The position numbers and the translations under genes were made by a program. A DNA stretch of 64,000 nucleotides from an uncultured Gemmatimonadales bacterium. GTDB lineage: Bacteria > Gemmatimonadota > Gemmatimonadetes > Gemmatimonadales > GWC2-71-9. This document shows, piece by piece, positions 26,724 through 37,274 of the stretch; within the stretch, counting starts at the first letter, position 1, and every line of letters begins with the position of its first letter. The stretch is taken from the NCBI GenBank assembly GCA_963828735.1, contig CAWHFW010000005.1, positions 2,336,001-2,400,000 on the forward strand, written 5' to 3'. The notes below the pieces were generated by a model. The model did no database searches and was not told where the DNA came from. It saw only the letters and a program-made list of their open reading frames with translations.

Positions 26724-29459
26724 TCACGACGTCGGCACGGCGTTTCCGTCGGCGTCGACCAGATGGATCTCGCCGAGATTGAGCTCCCGCAGCGCGGGCT
26801 CGATGCGCGCCCGATCGCCAACGACCACCCAGACGAGGTGGTCGGGCTGCACGACCTCGGCCGCGGCGGCCGTGACCGTCGCCGGCGTCTGCGCGCGCAC
26901 CCGGTCCGCGTAGGTGTCGAAGTAGCGGTCATCCAGTCCGTACGCCACGATCTCCCCGATCGAGCCCGCCACGGCACCCATCGTTTCCCACGATCCCGGC
27001 AGCGTCAGCGTGAGCGAGGCCTGGGCCCGCTGCAGCTCTTCGGGCTGGACCGGGCGCTCGCCCAGGATCCCGCGGAGCTCCTTCTGCAGCTCGACGATGG
27101 CGTCCTTGGTCTTGTCCGTCTGCACCGGCGCGTAGGCGATGAACGGCCGCGGTCCCCGCGCGTCGCGGATGAAGCTGAAGGCGCCGTAGGACCAGTGCTT
27201 GTCCTCGCGCAGGTTCATGTTGATCCGCGAGCCGAAATCGCTGCCGAGCACCGCGCCCATGGTCTCGATCGCGGCTTCGTTGGGATTCGCCTTGGGCGGC
27301 GCGATGTCGCCGGCGATGAGCACCGTCTGAATCGCGCCCGGACGGTCGAGAAGGTACACCGAGGTGGTCGGGCGCGGGGGTACGGCCGCGATGTTCTTCT
27401 GCGGGACGTCGCCCGGACGCCAGCCGGCGAAGAGTCGCTCGAGGCGGGGGCGGATCTCGGCCATCGAGGTGGCGCCGACGACGATGAGCGTGGCATGGTT
27501 GGGCTTGAACCAGGTCTGGTGGAACTTGACCAGGTCGGCCCGCGTGATCTTGGCCGTCGAGGCCTCCGTACCGGATCCGGTCCACGGGATCGCGTACGCG
27601 TGGCCTTCGCCGTAGGCGACGCGGGGGAAGACCCGGATAGCCATGCCGACGGGGTCGGCCTTTTCCCGCTGGATCTGAACCAGCCGTTGTTTCCGGAGCC
27701 GCTCGACGTCCGCCGTCCGGAACGCCGGATGCAGCACCACGTCCGCGAACAGCTCGAGCGATGGCTCCAGCTGCGCGGTGAGCGCCTCCAGCGACACCGT
27801 GGACACATCGAGGCGCGAGCTGGTGCCGAGCGTGGCGCCCAGATCCGCGAGGCGATCGCTGATCTGGAGCGCGGACCGCGTCGTCGTTCCCTCGTCGAGC
27901 ATGCTCATCGCCAGGCTCGCCGTCCCGGGCTCGGCGAACTGGTCCGAGGCGAAGCCGGCATCGAGCAGCAGGTCGAACTGCACCTGGGGGATCGACGGCC
28001 GCCGGGCCAGGACGATCTTGAGCCCGTTCGAGAGCGTCGCGCGTTCGAGCTCGGGGAATTCGGCCTTCGGCGGCGCGCCGGGCTCCGGCAGCTTCGAGCG
28101 GTCCACGCCGGTCGCGGCCGTCGCGTACTCCGGGAAGGGCTGAACCTCGAGCGTATAGTCTCCGTCGCTCAGCCAGCGCGCGGCGGCCCCGCGCACCTGC
28201 GCGGCGGTCGCTCCCGCGATCCGGGACAGCTGGACCTTGTAATAGTCGGGCCGGCCCGCGAAGACCTGACCCTTGGCGAGCACATCCGATTTGCCGCCGA
28301 AGCCGCCGATCCGTTCGACGCCCCGGATGAAGTCGGCGCGCACGAGCGTCTTGGCCCGGGCGAGCTCGACGGCGGTGGGTCCGGACGCGAGGAAGCGAGC
28401 CAGCTCCTCCTTCACCGCGCGCTCCACCTTGGCCGGGTCCCCGCCGGGTCGGACCCCGGCCTCCACCGAGAAGAGCCCGCTGATCTCGCGCAGCGCGAGG
28501 GAAGCGTCCACATCGCTCGCGATCTGCTCGTCGAACACGAGCCGCTTGTAGAGCCTGGACGACTTGCCGGTGCTGAGCACGGACGCGGCCAGCGTGAGAT
28601 AGTCGGCGTCCACCGAGCCCCACTCGGGCACGTTCCATACCTTGTACAGCCGCGTTTGCGGCACGCGATCCTGCATGACCCCGCGCTGGCTTCCCGTCCG
28701 CTTGGCGATCCACTCGCCCTGGCGCGCGACCGGCGGTCCCGACGGAATGTCGCCGAAATACTTCTCGACCTTCTCCTTGGCGGTCTTGGCGTCCACGTCA
28801 CCCGCCAGGACGAGCACGGCGTTGGACGGGCCGTAGTAGGTCTGGAACCAGCCCTTCACGTCGTCGAGCTTGGCCGCGTCCAGATCCTCCATGGAGCCGA
28901 TCACCGTCCAGGAGTACGGGTGGTTGGCGGGATAGAGCCGGGGCGTGAGGAAATCCCACACCTTGCCGTACGGCTCGTTCTCGTTCTGCCGCTTCTCGTT
29001 CTGGACCACCCCGCGCTGCTCGTCGAGCTTGGCCTGGCTGATCGCACCGACCAGGTGTCCCATGCGGTCCGACTCGAGCCACAGCGCCAGGTCGAGCGCG
29101 GAGGTCGGGACATTGACGAAGTAGTTGGTACGATCCTCGTTCGTCGTGCCGTTCAGCTCGGTGGCGCCGACGCGCTCGAGCGGAGCCTGGAACTCCTTGT
29201 CGTAGTGCTCGCTGCCGTTGAACATCAGGTGCTCGAAGAGGTGGGCGAACCCGGTGCGGCCCGGGCGCTCGTTCTTCGAGCCGACATGGTACCAGACGTT
29301 CACCGCGACGATCGGCGCCTTGTGGTCCTCATGGACGAGCAACGTGAGCCCATTGGGCAGAACGAAGCGCTCGTAGGGGATGTCGACGGGGGACTGCGCG
29401 GCGAGCGGAACGGCGGCGGCGGACACGACGAGTGCGGCGCGAATGGCACGGGCGAGCAC
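26724..29459 (-). CDS. M16 (pitrilysin-family) zinc peptidase, exported
   Basis: HLFEH inverted zinc motif, NGTT..DRTNY, LREDKHWSYG, signal peptide. Confidence 0.92.
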   Translation of the reverse strand: MLARAIRAALVVSAAAVPLAAQSPVDIPYERFVLPNGLTLLVHEDHKAPIVAVNVWYHVGSKNERPGRTGFAHLFEHLMFNGSEHYDKEFQAPLERVGATELNGTTNEDRTNYFVNVPTSALDLALWLESDRMGHLVGAISQAKLDEQRGVVQNEKRQNENEPYGKVWDFLTPRLYPANHPYSWTVIGSMEDLDAAKLDDVKGWFQTYYGPSNAVLVLAGDVDAKTAKEKVEKYFGDIPSGPPVARQGEWIAKRTGSQRGVMQDRVPQTRLYKVWNVPEWGSVDADYLTLAASVLSTGKSSRLYKRLVFDEQIASDVDASLALREISGLFSVEAGVRPGGDPAKVERAVKEELARFLASGPTAVELARAKTLVRADFIRGVERIGGFGGKSDVLAKGQVFAGRPDYYKVQLSRIAGATAAQVRGAAARWLSDGDYTLEVQPFPEYATAATGVDRSKLPEPGAPPKAEFPELERATLSNGLKIVLARRPSIPQVQFDLLLDAGFASDQFAEPGTASLAMSMLDEGTTTRSALQISDRLADLGATLGTSSRLDVSTVSLEALTAQLEPSLELFADVVLHPAFRTADVERLRKQRLVQIQREKADPVGMAIRVFPRVAYGEGHAYAIPWTGSGTEASTAKITRADLVKFHQTWFKPNHATLIVVGATSMAEIRPRLERLFAGWRPGDVPQKNIAAVPPRPTTSVYLLDRPGAIQTVLIAGDIAPPKANPNEAAIETMGAVLGSDFGSRINMNLREDKHWSYGAFSFIRDARGPRPFIAYAPVQTDKTKDAIVELQKELRGILGERPVQPEELQRAQASLTLTLPGSWETMGAVAGSIGEIVAYGLDDRYFDTYADRVRAQTPATVTAAAAEVVQPDHLVWVVVGDRARIEPALRELNLGEIHLVDADGNAVPTS

Positions 29460-29540
29460 GGAAGCCTCGAAGCATGGCGTGGGACCGAGCCGATGACGGA
29501 CGTGGGGGCCCGCTCGCTCGGACGGAAAGCGGAGCCGATA

Positions 29541-30017
29541 CTAGGACGGAGCGAGGGCCCGAATGGTGTCGCCGCCCGCGGCGGCGCGGTTGAGCTCGAG
29601 CCAATACCGGCCCGTCGCCCGCAAGGCCTCCGCGAACTCGCGGAATTCGATCGGCTTCCGGATGCAGCTGTTGGCCCCCGCCTGGTAGCACTGCGCCACC
29701 TCGCGCGGCTCCGCCGAGGACGTGAGGACGACGACGGGCACGGTAGCGGTGCGCGGACTCGCGCGGAGGGTCCGCAGGATCTCGACGCCGTCGAGCCGGG
29801 GGAGGCGAAGCTCCAGCAGCACGAGACGGGGGAGCGCACCGCCCAGGCGCTGACGATACCCTCCGCGGCCGAGCAGCCAGTCGAGCGCCTCTTCCCCGTC
29901 GCGGGCCACGCCGACCAGCCCCGGCGGGAGCAGCTCCCGCATGGTGCGGAGCACGAGCTCAGCCTCGAGGGGATCGTGCTCGATCAGCAGCAGGTCCAGC
30001 CGGTCGGGCAAGGTCAC
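29541..30017 (-). CDS. Single-domain Rcp1-like receiver with Glu at the phosphoacceptor site
   Basis: LLELRLP, VVVLTSS, GANSCIRKP. Confidence 0.85.
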   Translation of the reverse strand: MTLPDRLDLLLIEHDPLEAELVLRTMRELLPPGLVGVARDGEEALDWLLGRGGYRQRLGGALPRLVLLELRLPRLDGVEILRTLRASPRTATVPVVVLTSSAEPREVAQCYQAGANSCIRKPIEFREFAEALRATGRYWLELNRAAAGGDTIRALAPS

Positions 30018-32662
30018 GCGGGCGGCGCGCCCAGCGTCAGGTAGAACGTGGCGCCGGTCTCACCACTCGACTCCGCCCACACGCGGCCGCCGTGCTTCTG
30101 GGCCACTCGCTGGACCAGCGCGAGCCCCGCGCCGTTGCCCTCGAACTCGTCGGGTCGGTGGAGCCGCTGGAAGACGCCGAACAACTTTCCAGCGTAGGCC
30201 ATCTTAAACCCGACGCCGTTGTCCTGTACGGCGATGCCGGCCTGTCCCTCGTGCTCGATCGGGCGGATGGTGATCACCGTCCGGTCGCGCGGGCGGGTGA
30301 ACTTGAGGGCATTCGACAGCAGGCTCTGCAGCGCGAGCGACACGAGCGCGGGATCGCAGTCCACCGTCGGTAGCGACTGCACCCGCCACTCGACCTCACG
30401 CCCTTCCGCTTGCGGCTGCAGCCGGCTCAGGACGTCCTCCGCCAACGAGGTCAGGTCGACGGGGCGCCGCATCACGTCCTGCCGGGCCACCCGTGCCAGG
30501 CTTACGAGGTCGTCCACCATGCCGGCCATGCGGCCGGCACCATCACGAATCCGGCGGGCATAGTGCTGGACGGCGGGATCGAGCGCGGGGCCGGCGTCGT
30601 CGAGCAGCAGCTGGGTGAAGCCGCAGATGTGCCGGAGCGGCTCGCGGAGATCGTGGGATACCGCGTACACCATCGTCTCGAGCTCGGCGCTGACCGCACG
30701 GAGCGCGGCGCCCCGCTCGGCCACGCGCCGTTCGAGCTCGCTGGTCTGCCGCCCGAGCTCGTCGCGGAGCCGCGCCTGCTGGATCGCGATGGCGAGCGGT
30801 GCCGCGACCTCGACGGCGATGTCGCGATGCTCCGCGGTGAAGCCCCGCGCGGTGTTCGAGGCCAGGTTCACTTCGCCGATGGCCTCGCCGTCCACCAGGA
30901 GCGGGACGCTGAGAACGCTGCGCATGCCCTCCCCGCGCAGCTCCTGAAGGAGCGCGGCTGGGGATTCGACCGCGGCCAGGTCGTCGATGATGCGCACCGC
31001 GCCGCGCCGCAGCACGTCGCCGGGCGAGAGCCGCTCCAGGGGAATCGACCCGGGGGCGAGCGGCGCGCCGGCGGAGTACCCCGCGATGAGCTGCGCGTGG
31101 CCGCGCGGGAAATCGAACAGCACCACGCTGCAGCGGTGGCACGGGACCATCCGCCGCATGCGGCCGAGCGCCGCGCGCCCGATCTCGGCCGGCGAGCGCG
31201 CGGCCAGGATCGACTGGTCGAGGTCGTGCAGCACCGTGAGCCGCTCGGCCGAGCGCCGGAGCCGCTCCTCGGTGCGCTTCCGCTCGGTGATGTCGGTGAC
31301 CATGCCGACCATGCCGATCGGGGCGCCGTCGCGCGCGGTGATCGGGCTCGCGGAGACGAGGCCCCAGAGCTCGGCGCCGTCCTGGCGGCGGAAACGGAGG
31401 TCGAGGGTCTCTCCGCTCGCGCTCGGCCGCCCCAGGGCCCGCTGCGCTCCGGCGCGGGCCGTGGCGTCGAGGAAGTCGTAGACCGGGCGGCCGAGCAGGG
31501 CGCCGTTCTGATAGCCCAGCAGGTCGCCCATGCGCTGGTTCACATACGTGATGATGCCCTCCTCGTCGGCGACCCAGATGCCCTCCTGGGCCACATCCAC
31601 GACCTGCTTGAACCGCTGCTCGCTCTCCTGGAGCGCGCGGGTCCGGTCCTCGAGCCGGGTCTGGCGCGCCTCGAACGCGGCCGCGTGCTCGAGCGAGGCG
31701 CCGACCAGTCCGCCGAGCAGGAGCAGCGCCTTGGCGTCGCGGTCGCTGAACGCCGCCGGCCTGGGCGAAAGAACCTTGAGGACGCCGAGGATCCGCTGGT
31801 CGTCGCGCAGGGGGATCGAGAGCATGGAGCGGATACCCTGCGGGTGGTACACCTGGTGCCCGATGCGCGGGTCGGTCAAAATGTCGTCGGATCGCTGCAG
31901 GTCGCCGGTTCGCACCGCGGCGCCGGAAAGGCTATCGGCCACGCTGAGCCTCGGGCTCTCGACCCCGACCTGGAGCACGGGTGCGAGCTCGTCGCCCTCG
32001 AGCACCTCGATGACGACTCCCGAGGCGCCGGTCAGCCCCAGGCTCCGCTCCGCGATCACCCGCATGACGGTGGCCGAGTCGAGCCCCGCGGCGGCCACGG
32101 CCTGCTGGACGTCGATGACCGCCTGGAACAGCTCGGTGTCGAGCCGCATCTCTTCCTCGGCGAGCTTCCGCTCGGTGATGTCGAACTCGGTGGCCAGATA
32201 CCCGACCTGCCGGCCTTGCTCGTCGCGCAGCGGTTCCCACGTGCTGGCGCACCAGCGGACCTGGCCGGTGCGCGTCACCACCCGGTACTCCTGGTCGCGG
32301 AGCGAGCCGCCCTTCGCCAGCCGCTCCCACTCGGCCAGGAGCGCCGGGCGATCGTCCGGGTGGATGTACTGGAGGAACTCCTGGTCCCGCAGGTCCTCCG
32401 CCGGCTGGCCGGTGAGGCGCTCGAAGGCGGGGTTCACCAGGGTCAGCCGCAGGTCCATGTCGTAGGCGACCACCCCCTCGCGCATGGTGGCGGTGATCGT
32501 GCGAAGCTGCCCCAGGGCCGTGCTTTCCGCACGCTGCGCCCGACGCCGCCGGCGCCGCTCCACCAGCCAGGCCGCGAGCAGCGCCACCAGCACGACGGCG
32601 CCGACGCTGGCGGCGATGACGGGGGAGATCTGGTCGAAAGGGGCTGGCAGGGCAGGGACCAC
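30014..32662 (-). CDS. TM-PAS-GAF-PAS-GAF histidine kinase
   Basis: SHDLREPL, NALKFT, DNGVGF, LFGVFQRLH, GAGLA. Confidence 0.9.
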   Translation of the reverse strand: MVPALPAPFDQISPVIAASVGAVVLVALLAAWLVERRRRRRAQRAESTALGQLRTITATMREGVVAYDMDLRLTLVNPAFERLTGQPAEDLRDQEFLQYIHPDDRPALLAEWERLAKGGSLRDQEYRVVTRTGQVRWCASTWEPLRDEQGRQVGYLATEFDITERKLAEEEMRLDTELFQAVIDVQQAVAAAGLDSATVMRVIAERSLGLTGASGVVIEVLEGDELAPVLQVGVESPRLSVADSLSGAAVRTGDLQRSDDILTDPRIGHQVYHPQGIRSMLSIPLRDDQRILGVLKVLSPRPAAFSDRDAKALLLLGGLVGASLEHAAAFEARQTRLEDRTRALQESEQRFKQVVDVAQEGIWVADEEGIITYVNQRMGDLLGYQNGALLGRPVYDFLDATARAGAQRALGRPSASGETLDLRFRRQDGAELWGLVSASPITARDGAPIGMVGMVTDITERKRTEERLRRSAERLTVLHDLDQSILAARSPAEIGRAALGRMRRMVPCHRCSVVLFDFPRGHAQLIAGYSAGAPLAPGSIPLERLSPGDVLRRGAVRIIDDLAAVESPAALLQELRGEGMRSVLSVPLLVDGEAIGEVNLASNTARGFTAEHRDIAVEVAAPLAIAIQQARLRDELGRQTSELERRVAERGAALRAVSAELETMVYAVSHDLREPLRHICGFTQLLLDDAGPALDPAVQHYARRIRDGAGRMAGMVDDLVSLARVARQDVMRRPVDLTSLAEDVLSRLQPQAEGREVEWRVQSLPTVDCDPALVSLALQSLLSNALKFTRPRDRTVITIRPIEHEGQAGIAVQDNGVGFKMAYAGKLFGVFQRLHRPDEFEGNGAGLALVQRVAQKHGGRVWAESSGETGATFYLTLGAPPA

Positions 32663-32767
32663 GGGGACGATCCTCGAGCGGCAGGCAGAGGCACGGGAGA
32701 CGCGCCGGAGGACTGACCCCCGTGCCCGTCGCCACCGGAGCCGAAATGTGTCCCGAAGATAGCTCCG

Positions 32768-35122
32768 TCAGGAGGCTCGGTCGAGGAGTTGCCGGATCTT
32801 CGCCGTCAGCACGCCGGGGGTGAACGGCTTGGCCAGAAGGTCGATCCCGTCGGTGAGCTGGCCTTGCCGCGCGATGGCCTCCTCCGAGTACCCGCTGACG
32901 TAGAGGATCTGCATTTGGGGACGGAGCGGACGCGCGAGCTCGACGAGCTCGTGTCCGCTCATGCGCGGCATGACCACGTCGGTGAGCAGCAGGTCGATGC
33001 GGCCGGGGTAGTCGCGCAGGAGCGCGAATGCCTCCACGCCGTCGGCCGCTTCCAGCACGAGATACCCGTTCCGGCGGAGAATCTCGTGTGTCAGCTGCCG
33101 GACCAGCTGCTCGTCCTCCACCAGCAGCACCGTCTCGACTCCGCCGCGAACGAGCGGCGGCGACGGGAGCGGCGCCGCCGCCTCGTGACCGGTGGTGTGG
33201 GCGGGCAGGCAGATCGTGAAGGTGCTGCCGGCGCCGGGTGCGCTGGCCGCGAAGATCTGGCCGCCGCTCTGCACGACGATGCCGTAGACGGTCGACAGCC
33301 CGAGGCCGGTCCCATGGCCCGCCGGCTTGGTCGTGAAGAACGGCTCGAAAATGCGTTCCTGTACATCCGGTGTCATGCCGGTGCCGGTGTCACGCACCGC
33401 GAGGCTCACGTAGCGGCCGGGCCGCAGCTCGGGCCACCGCTCGGCCCGCGCCTCGCGCACGTCGAGGTCCGCGGTCGTGATCGTGAGCGTGCCGCCCGTC
33501 GGCATCGCGTCGCGGGCGTTGACCGCGAGGTTCATCAGGACTTGCTCGAGCTGTCCGGGATCGCCCCGTGTCAGAGCAAGCTCCGGTGTGAGCACGGTCT
33601 CCAGGACGATGTCCTCGCCGATGACCCGGCGGAGCATCCGGTCCACGCCGGCGACGATGGTGTTGAGGTTGAGGGTCCGGAGCTGCAGGAGCTGGCGCCG
33701 GCTGAAGGCGAGCAGCTGGTGCGTGAGCTCAGCCGCGCGGGAGCCGGCGAGCCGGATCTGCTCGAGATCGTCGCGGCTCGGGTGCGAGGCGGGCAGGTCG
33801 GCCATGACCATCTCGCTGTAACTCAGGATCGCGCTCAGCAGGTTGTTGAAGTCGTGCGCGATGCCACCGGCGAGACGGCCCACCGCCTCCATCTTCTGCG
33901 CCTGCCGAAGCTGCTCCTGCGACTGCTGCAGCGCCTCCTCCGAGCGCTTGCGGCCGCCGACGTCCACGTACAGGGCGACCGACCCGATGGCCCTACCCGC
34001 CGCGTCGTGGATCGGCGCGGTGGAGATGCTCATGTCGAGCCGGGTGCCGTCCTTCCGGATCCGCACCGTCTCCCGCGCGGTGAACGGCCGCCCGTCGAGC
34101 ACATCGGCGCGGAACGCGTCGTACTCGTCCTGTCGCTCGGGTGGCACGCACAGGAGCCGTCGTCCGATCGCCTCTTCGGCGGTCCACCCGAACACCAGCT
34201 CGGCGGCGTGGTTCCAGTTCAGCACTTCGCCGTCGATGCCGGCTACGACGATCGGGAGCGGCGACGCCTCGACGATCGCCTCCAGACGGTCGCGCGTCGC
34301 CCGCACCATCTCCTCGCTCAGGCGCTGCGCCGTGACGTCCCGCTGGGTTCCCCAGACGGCCGTCAGCAGGTCGCCCTCGACCACCCCGAGGAGGTTGTTG
34401 ACGAACCAGTGCGGCGCGCCGTGGCGGTCGAACTCGAACGACTCCAGCTCGACCGTCCGGTACCCGCTCCGGACGAACGCCCGGAAGAACTCGAGGCTCC
34501 GGGCATCGGCGAGGTCGAAGGTCGAAGAGAGCTGCGTGCCCACGAGCTCGTCGGGCGTGTGGCAGCCGTACATGCGCGCCATCGCGTCGTTCACCTCGAC
34601 CAGGCGCACGTCCCGGGTACAGCGCGCGACTTGGTCGTCCTCCGACAGGTCGAGCGGGATCGGCGGCTCGACCGCCGCACGCCACACGCCCTCGGCGGTT
34701 CGGCCGATGAAGAAGCGGTAGCGCTCGCTGTTCTGGCGCAGCTCCTCGGCGGCCCGCGTCACCTCGGTGACGTCCTGTGCCACGACGAGGCGGCCGGGCC
34801 GGCCGGCGAACTGAAGCGGGTAACTCGAGACCCGGACGAGGCACGTGCTCCCATCCCGCCGGCGGTGGCGCCAGGGAATGGCCCAGATCCGGAGGTCGCC
34901 GGGCAGCTCCGGCGAGACCTGCGCGACCGTCGCGCGATCTTCCTCCGGCCGGATGTCGAGGATGGTCATGCGGAGGAATTCGACCCGGGAGTACCCGTAC
35001 TCGCGGACCGCGGCGTCGTTCACCTCGAGAAACGCGAGCGTCTCACTGTCGTAGACCCACATCGGGAGCGGGTTGCATTCGAAAAGCACCCGGTAGGCCT
35101 CGACCTCTCCCACCGTGGTCAC
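32768..35122 (-). CDS. Triple-PAS hybrid histidine kinase with C-terminal REC
   Basis: AHDFNNLL, FEPFFTTK, GTGLGL, LLTDVVMP. Confidence 0.92.
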   Translation of the reverse strand: MTTVGEVEAYRVLFECNPLPMWVYDSETLAFLEVNDAAVREYGYSRVEFLRMTILDIRPEEDRATVAQVSPELPGDLRIWAIPWRHRRRDGSTCLVRVSSYPLQFAGRPGRLVVAQDVTEVTRAAEELRQNSERYRFFIGRTAEGVWRAAVEPPIPLDLSEDDQVARCTRDVRLVEVNDAMARMYGCHTPDELVGTQLSSTFDLADARSLEFFRAFVRSGYRTVELESFEFDRHGAPHWFVNNLLGVVEGDLLTAVWGTQRDVTAQRLSEEMVRATRDRLEAIVEASPLPIVVAGIDGEVLNWNHAAELVFGWTAEEAIGRRLLCVPPERQDEYDAFRADVLDGRPFTARETVRIRKDGTRLDMSISTAPIHDAAGRAIGSVALYVDVGGRKRSEEALQQSQEQLRQAQKMEAVGRLAGGIAHDFNNLLSAILSYSEMVMADLPASHPSRDDLEQIRLAGSRAAELTHQLLAFSRRQLLQLRTLNLNTIVAGVDRMLRRVIGEDIVLETVLTPELALTRGDPGQLEQVLMNLAVNARDAMPTGGTLTITTADLDVREARAERWPELRPGRYVSLAVRDTGTGMTPDVQERIFEPFFTTKPAGHGTGLGLSTVYGIVVQSGGQIFAASAPGAGSTFTICLPAHTTGHEAAAPLPSPPLVRGGVETVLLVEDEQLVRQLTHEILRRNGYLVLEAADGVEAFALLRDYPGRIDLLLTDVVMPRMSGHELVELARPLRPQMQILYVSGYSEEAIARQGQLTDGIDLLAKPFTPGVLTAKIRQLLDRAS

Positions 35123-37155
35123 GGCGCTCGCGCTCCGCTCACCGGATCGCCGAGCGCCTGCCGGATGGTTCGAAGGAGGCGGTCGAGGGAGAACGGCTTT
35201 TCGAGGAACCGGGTCCCCGGCTCGAGCAACCGGAGCCGCGCGCCCGATCCCTCATTCGTGCCCGAGATGTAGAGCACCTTGATCGCGGGCCGATGAATGC
35301 TGAGTCGGGCGGCGAGCTCCCGTCCGCTGAGCTGCGGCAACAGGATGTCGGTGACGAGGAGGTGGATGTGTCCGGGGTGGCGGTCGGCGATGGCGGTCGC
35401 CGCCTCCGCGTCCGCGGCGGCCAGCACCGAGTACCCGACGCGCTCGAGCACCCGCCGCGCGAGCTCGCGCACCTGATCCTCGTCCTCGACCAGCAGGACC
35501 GTCTCCGTGCCGCCGGCAGGCTCGCGGGTGTCCGCGGCCACCCCGATGGGGCCGCTGCCTTCGTGCCGCGGAAAATGGAGCGTGAACGTGGTGCCGCGTC
35601 CCGGTTCGCTCGCCACCGCGATGAGCCCTCCCGACTGCTTCACGATCCCGTAGACGGAGGCCAGGCCCAGCCCTGCGCCTTCGCTGGCGGACTTCGTGCT
35701 GAAGAACGGCTCGAAAACGCGGTCGAGCGTGGCCGGGTCCATCCCGCGTCCGGTGTCGCGCGCCTGCAGGACGATGTACATGCCGCTTCGGGGTGCCCCG
35801 AGGCGGGCGGCGGCGCCGTCGTCGAGCCGCTCCTGGCGGGTGATCAGCTCGAGGGTGCCGCCATCGGGCATGGACTCACGGGCGTTGTTGGTGAGCTGGA
35901 CCAGCACCTGCTCCATCTGGGTCGGGTCCGCGACGATCGGATCGATGTTGGCCGCCGGACTCGAGAGCACCTGGACGCGCTCACCGGCCACCCGGCGGAG
36001 CCGCGACAGGCAGCCGGCCACCAGCTGATTCAGGTCGAGCACGCGCGGGGCCAGTACTTGCCGGCGACTGAATGCCAGGAGCTGGCGGGTGAGGCTCGCG
36101 GCGCGGTCGGCCGACCGCTGGATCTGGTCGAGATCCTCCCGCGCCACGTCGGTGAGCCCCGGCTCCTCCTGCAGGAGGGCCACGTGGCCGATGATGCTCG
36201 TGAGCAGGTTGTTGAAGTCGTGGGCGACGCCGCCGGCGAGCTGGCCGATCGCCTGCGCCCGCTCGGCCTGCACCAATCGCTGCTCGAGCTGGCGGCGATC
36301 GGTCACGTCGGTGCTGCAGCCGATCAGGCCGAGGAATGCCCCCTCGCCATCGAAGCGCGGCACGGCGACGTCCAGCAGCCACCGGTACTGATCGTCGGAC
36401 CGCCGCATGCGATACTCGTGATGCAGCGGCTCGCGTTGGGCCAGCGCCTTCTGGTACTGCTCGAGTGAGGCCTGGCGGTCATCCGGATGAATGCGGTCGG
36501 TCCAGCCGCCCCCCAGCTCGGCGCCGAGGGCGCGGCCCGTGAACTCGAGCCAGCGGGCGTTGACGTAGCTGCAGGTGCCGTCGGGCGCGACCATCCACAG
36601 CATGACGGGGAGTGCGTCGTAGCTCGACCGGCCGACCGCGTCCGTGGCGGCCACGACGGACCGATGCTGCGCCTCGTCACGGGCCACGGCGGCGAGGTCG
36701 TGGAGCACGGCGAGCTCGCGCTCGGTCCAGCGCCGCGGCGTCCGGTCGATGACGCACAGCAGGCCCGGAGTGCCGCCGGTCGGAGCGGACAGCGGAACCG
36801 CCGCGAAGGCGGCGATGCCGAGGGCGTCGATGGCCGGATGATCGCGGAAGCGGGTATCCAGCCGCGCGTCCTCGACGACGATGGCGCCGTCCCTGGCGGC
36901 GATCTCGCAGAACGACCGGATGATGGGCGCCTCGCCGCTCGCGTCCGACCCCCCCGGCGCGTCGAAGCCGATGCCGGCGTACGGGCCGGCGTCTGGTCCG
37001 CACGCGAAGGCGGCCGGCGCCTGGAGAGCGCCGGCGACGAGGCGCACGAGCCGCTCCATGCCTTGGTCCGGGGAGTGGGGCATGCCCCTGCGGTGTACTG
37101 AGGCTACTCGTTCCGGGTCACGAAACGAGGGAGTGAGATCCTTCTCGAGGCCCAA
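35119..37155 (-). CDS. GAF-PAS hybrid histidine kinase with C-terminal REC
   Basis: LCVIDRTPR, HPDD, AHDFNNLL, LVTDILLP; TTG start with GGAG inferred. Confidence 0.88.
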   Translation of the reverse strand: MGLEKDLTPSFRDPERVASVHRRGMPHSPDQGMERLVRLVAGALQAPAAFACGPDAGPYAGIGFDAPGGSDASGEAPIIRSFCEIAARDGAIVVEDARLDTRFRDHPAIDALGIAAFAAVPLSAPTGGTPGLLCVIDRTPRRWTERELAVLHDLAAVARDEAQHRSVVAATDAVGRSSYDALPVMLWMVAPDGTCSYVNARWLEFTGRALGAELGGGWTDRIHPDDRQASLEQYQKALAQREPLHHEYRMRRSDDQYRWLLDVAVPRFDGEGAFLGLIGCSTDVTDRRQLEQRLVQAERAQAIGQLAGGVAHDFNNLLTSIIGHVALLQEEPGLTDVAREDLDQIQRSADRAASLTRQLLAFSRRQVLAPRVLDLNQLVAGCLSRLRRVAGERVQVLSSPAANIDPIVADPTQMEQVLVQLTNNARESMPDGGTLELITRQERLDDGAAARLGAPRSGMYIVLQARDTGRGMDPATLDRVFEPFFSTKSASEGAGLGLASVYGIVKQSGGLIAVASEPGRGTTFTLHFPRHEGSGPIGVAADTREPAGGTETVLLVEDEDQVRELARRVLERVGYSVLAAADAEAATAIADRHPGHIHLLVTDILLPQLSGRELAARLSIHRPAIKVLYISGTNEGSGARLRLLEPGTRFLEKPFSLDRLLRTIRQALGDPVSGARAP

Positions 37156-37274
37156 TTTGGACTCCGACGACCTGCCGGGAGGTGGCTCTGGGGTCAGGTA
37201 ATGTCGCGGTTCGTCGGGACGGCGGCAAGACCGATGCCGCTGGCGATGCTCCCGGGGCACCCCTACTCTTTGGC

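Noticed and set aside
26703..30044. 1113-aa plus-strand ORF and similar long ORFs (30410-32716, 32789-35272, 19769-21643, 59333-61114)
   Set aside because: Antisense shadows of motif-bearing genes, expected in high-GC DNA
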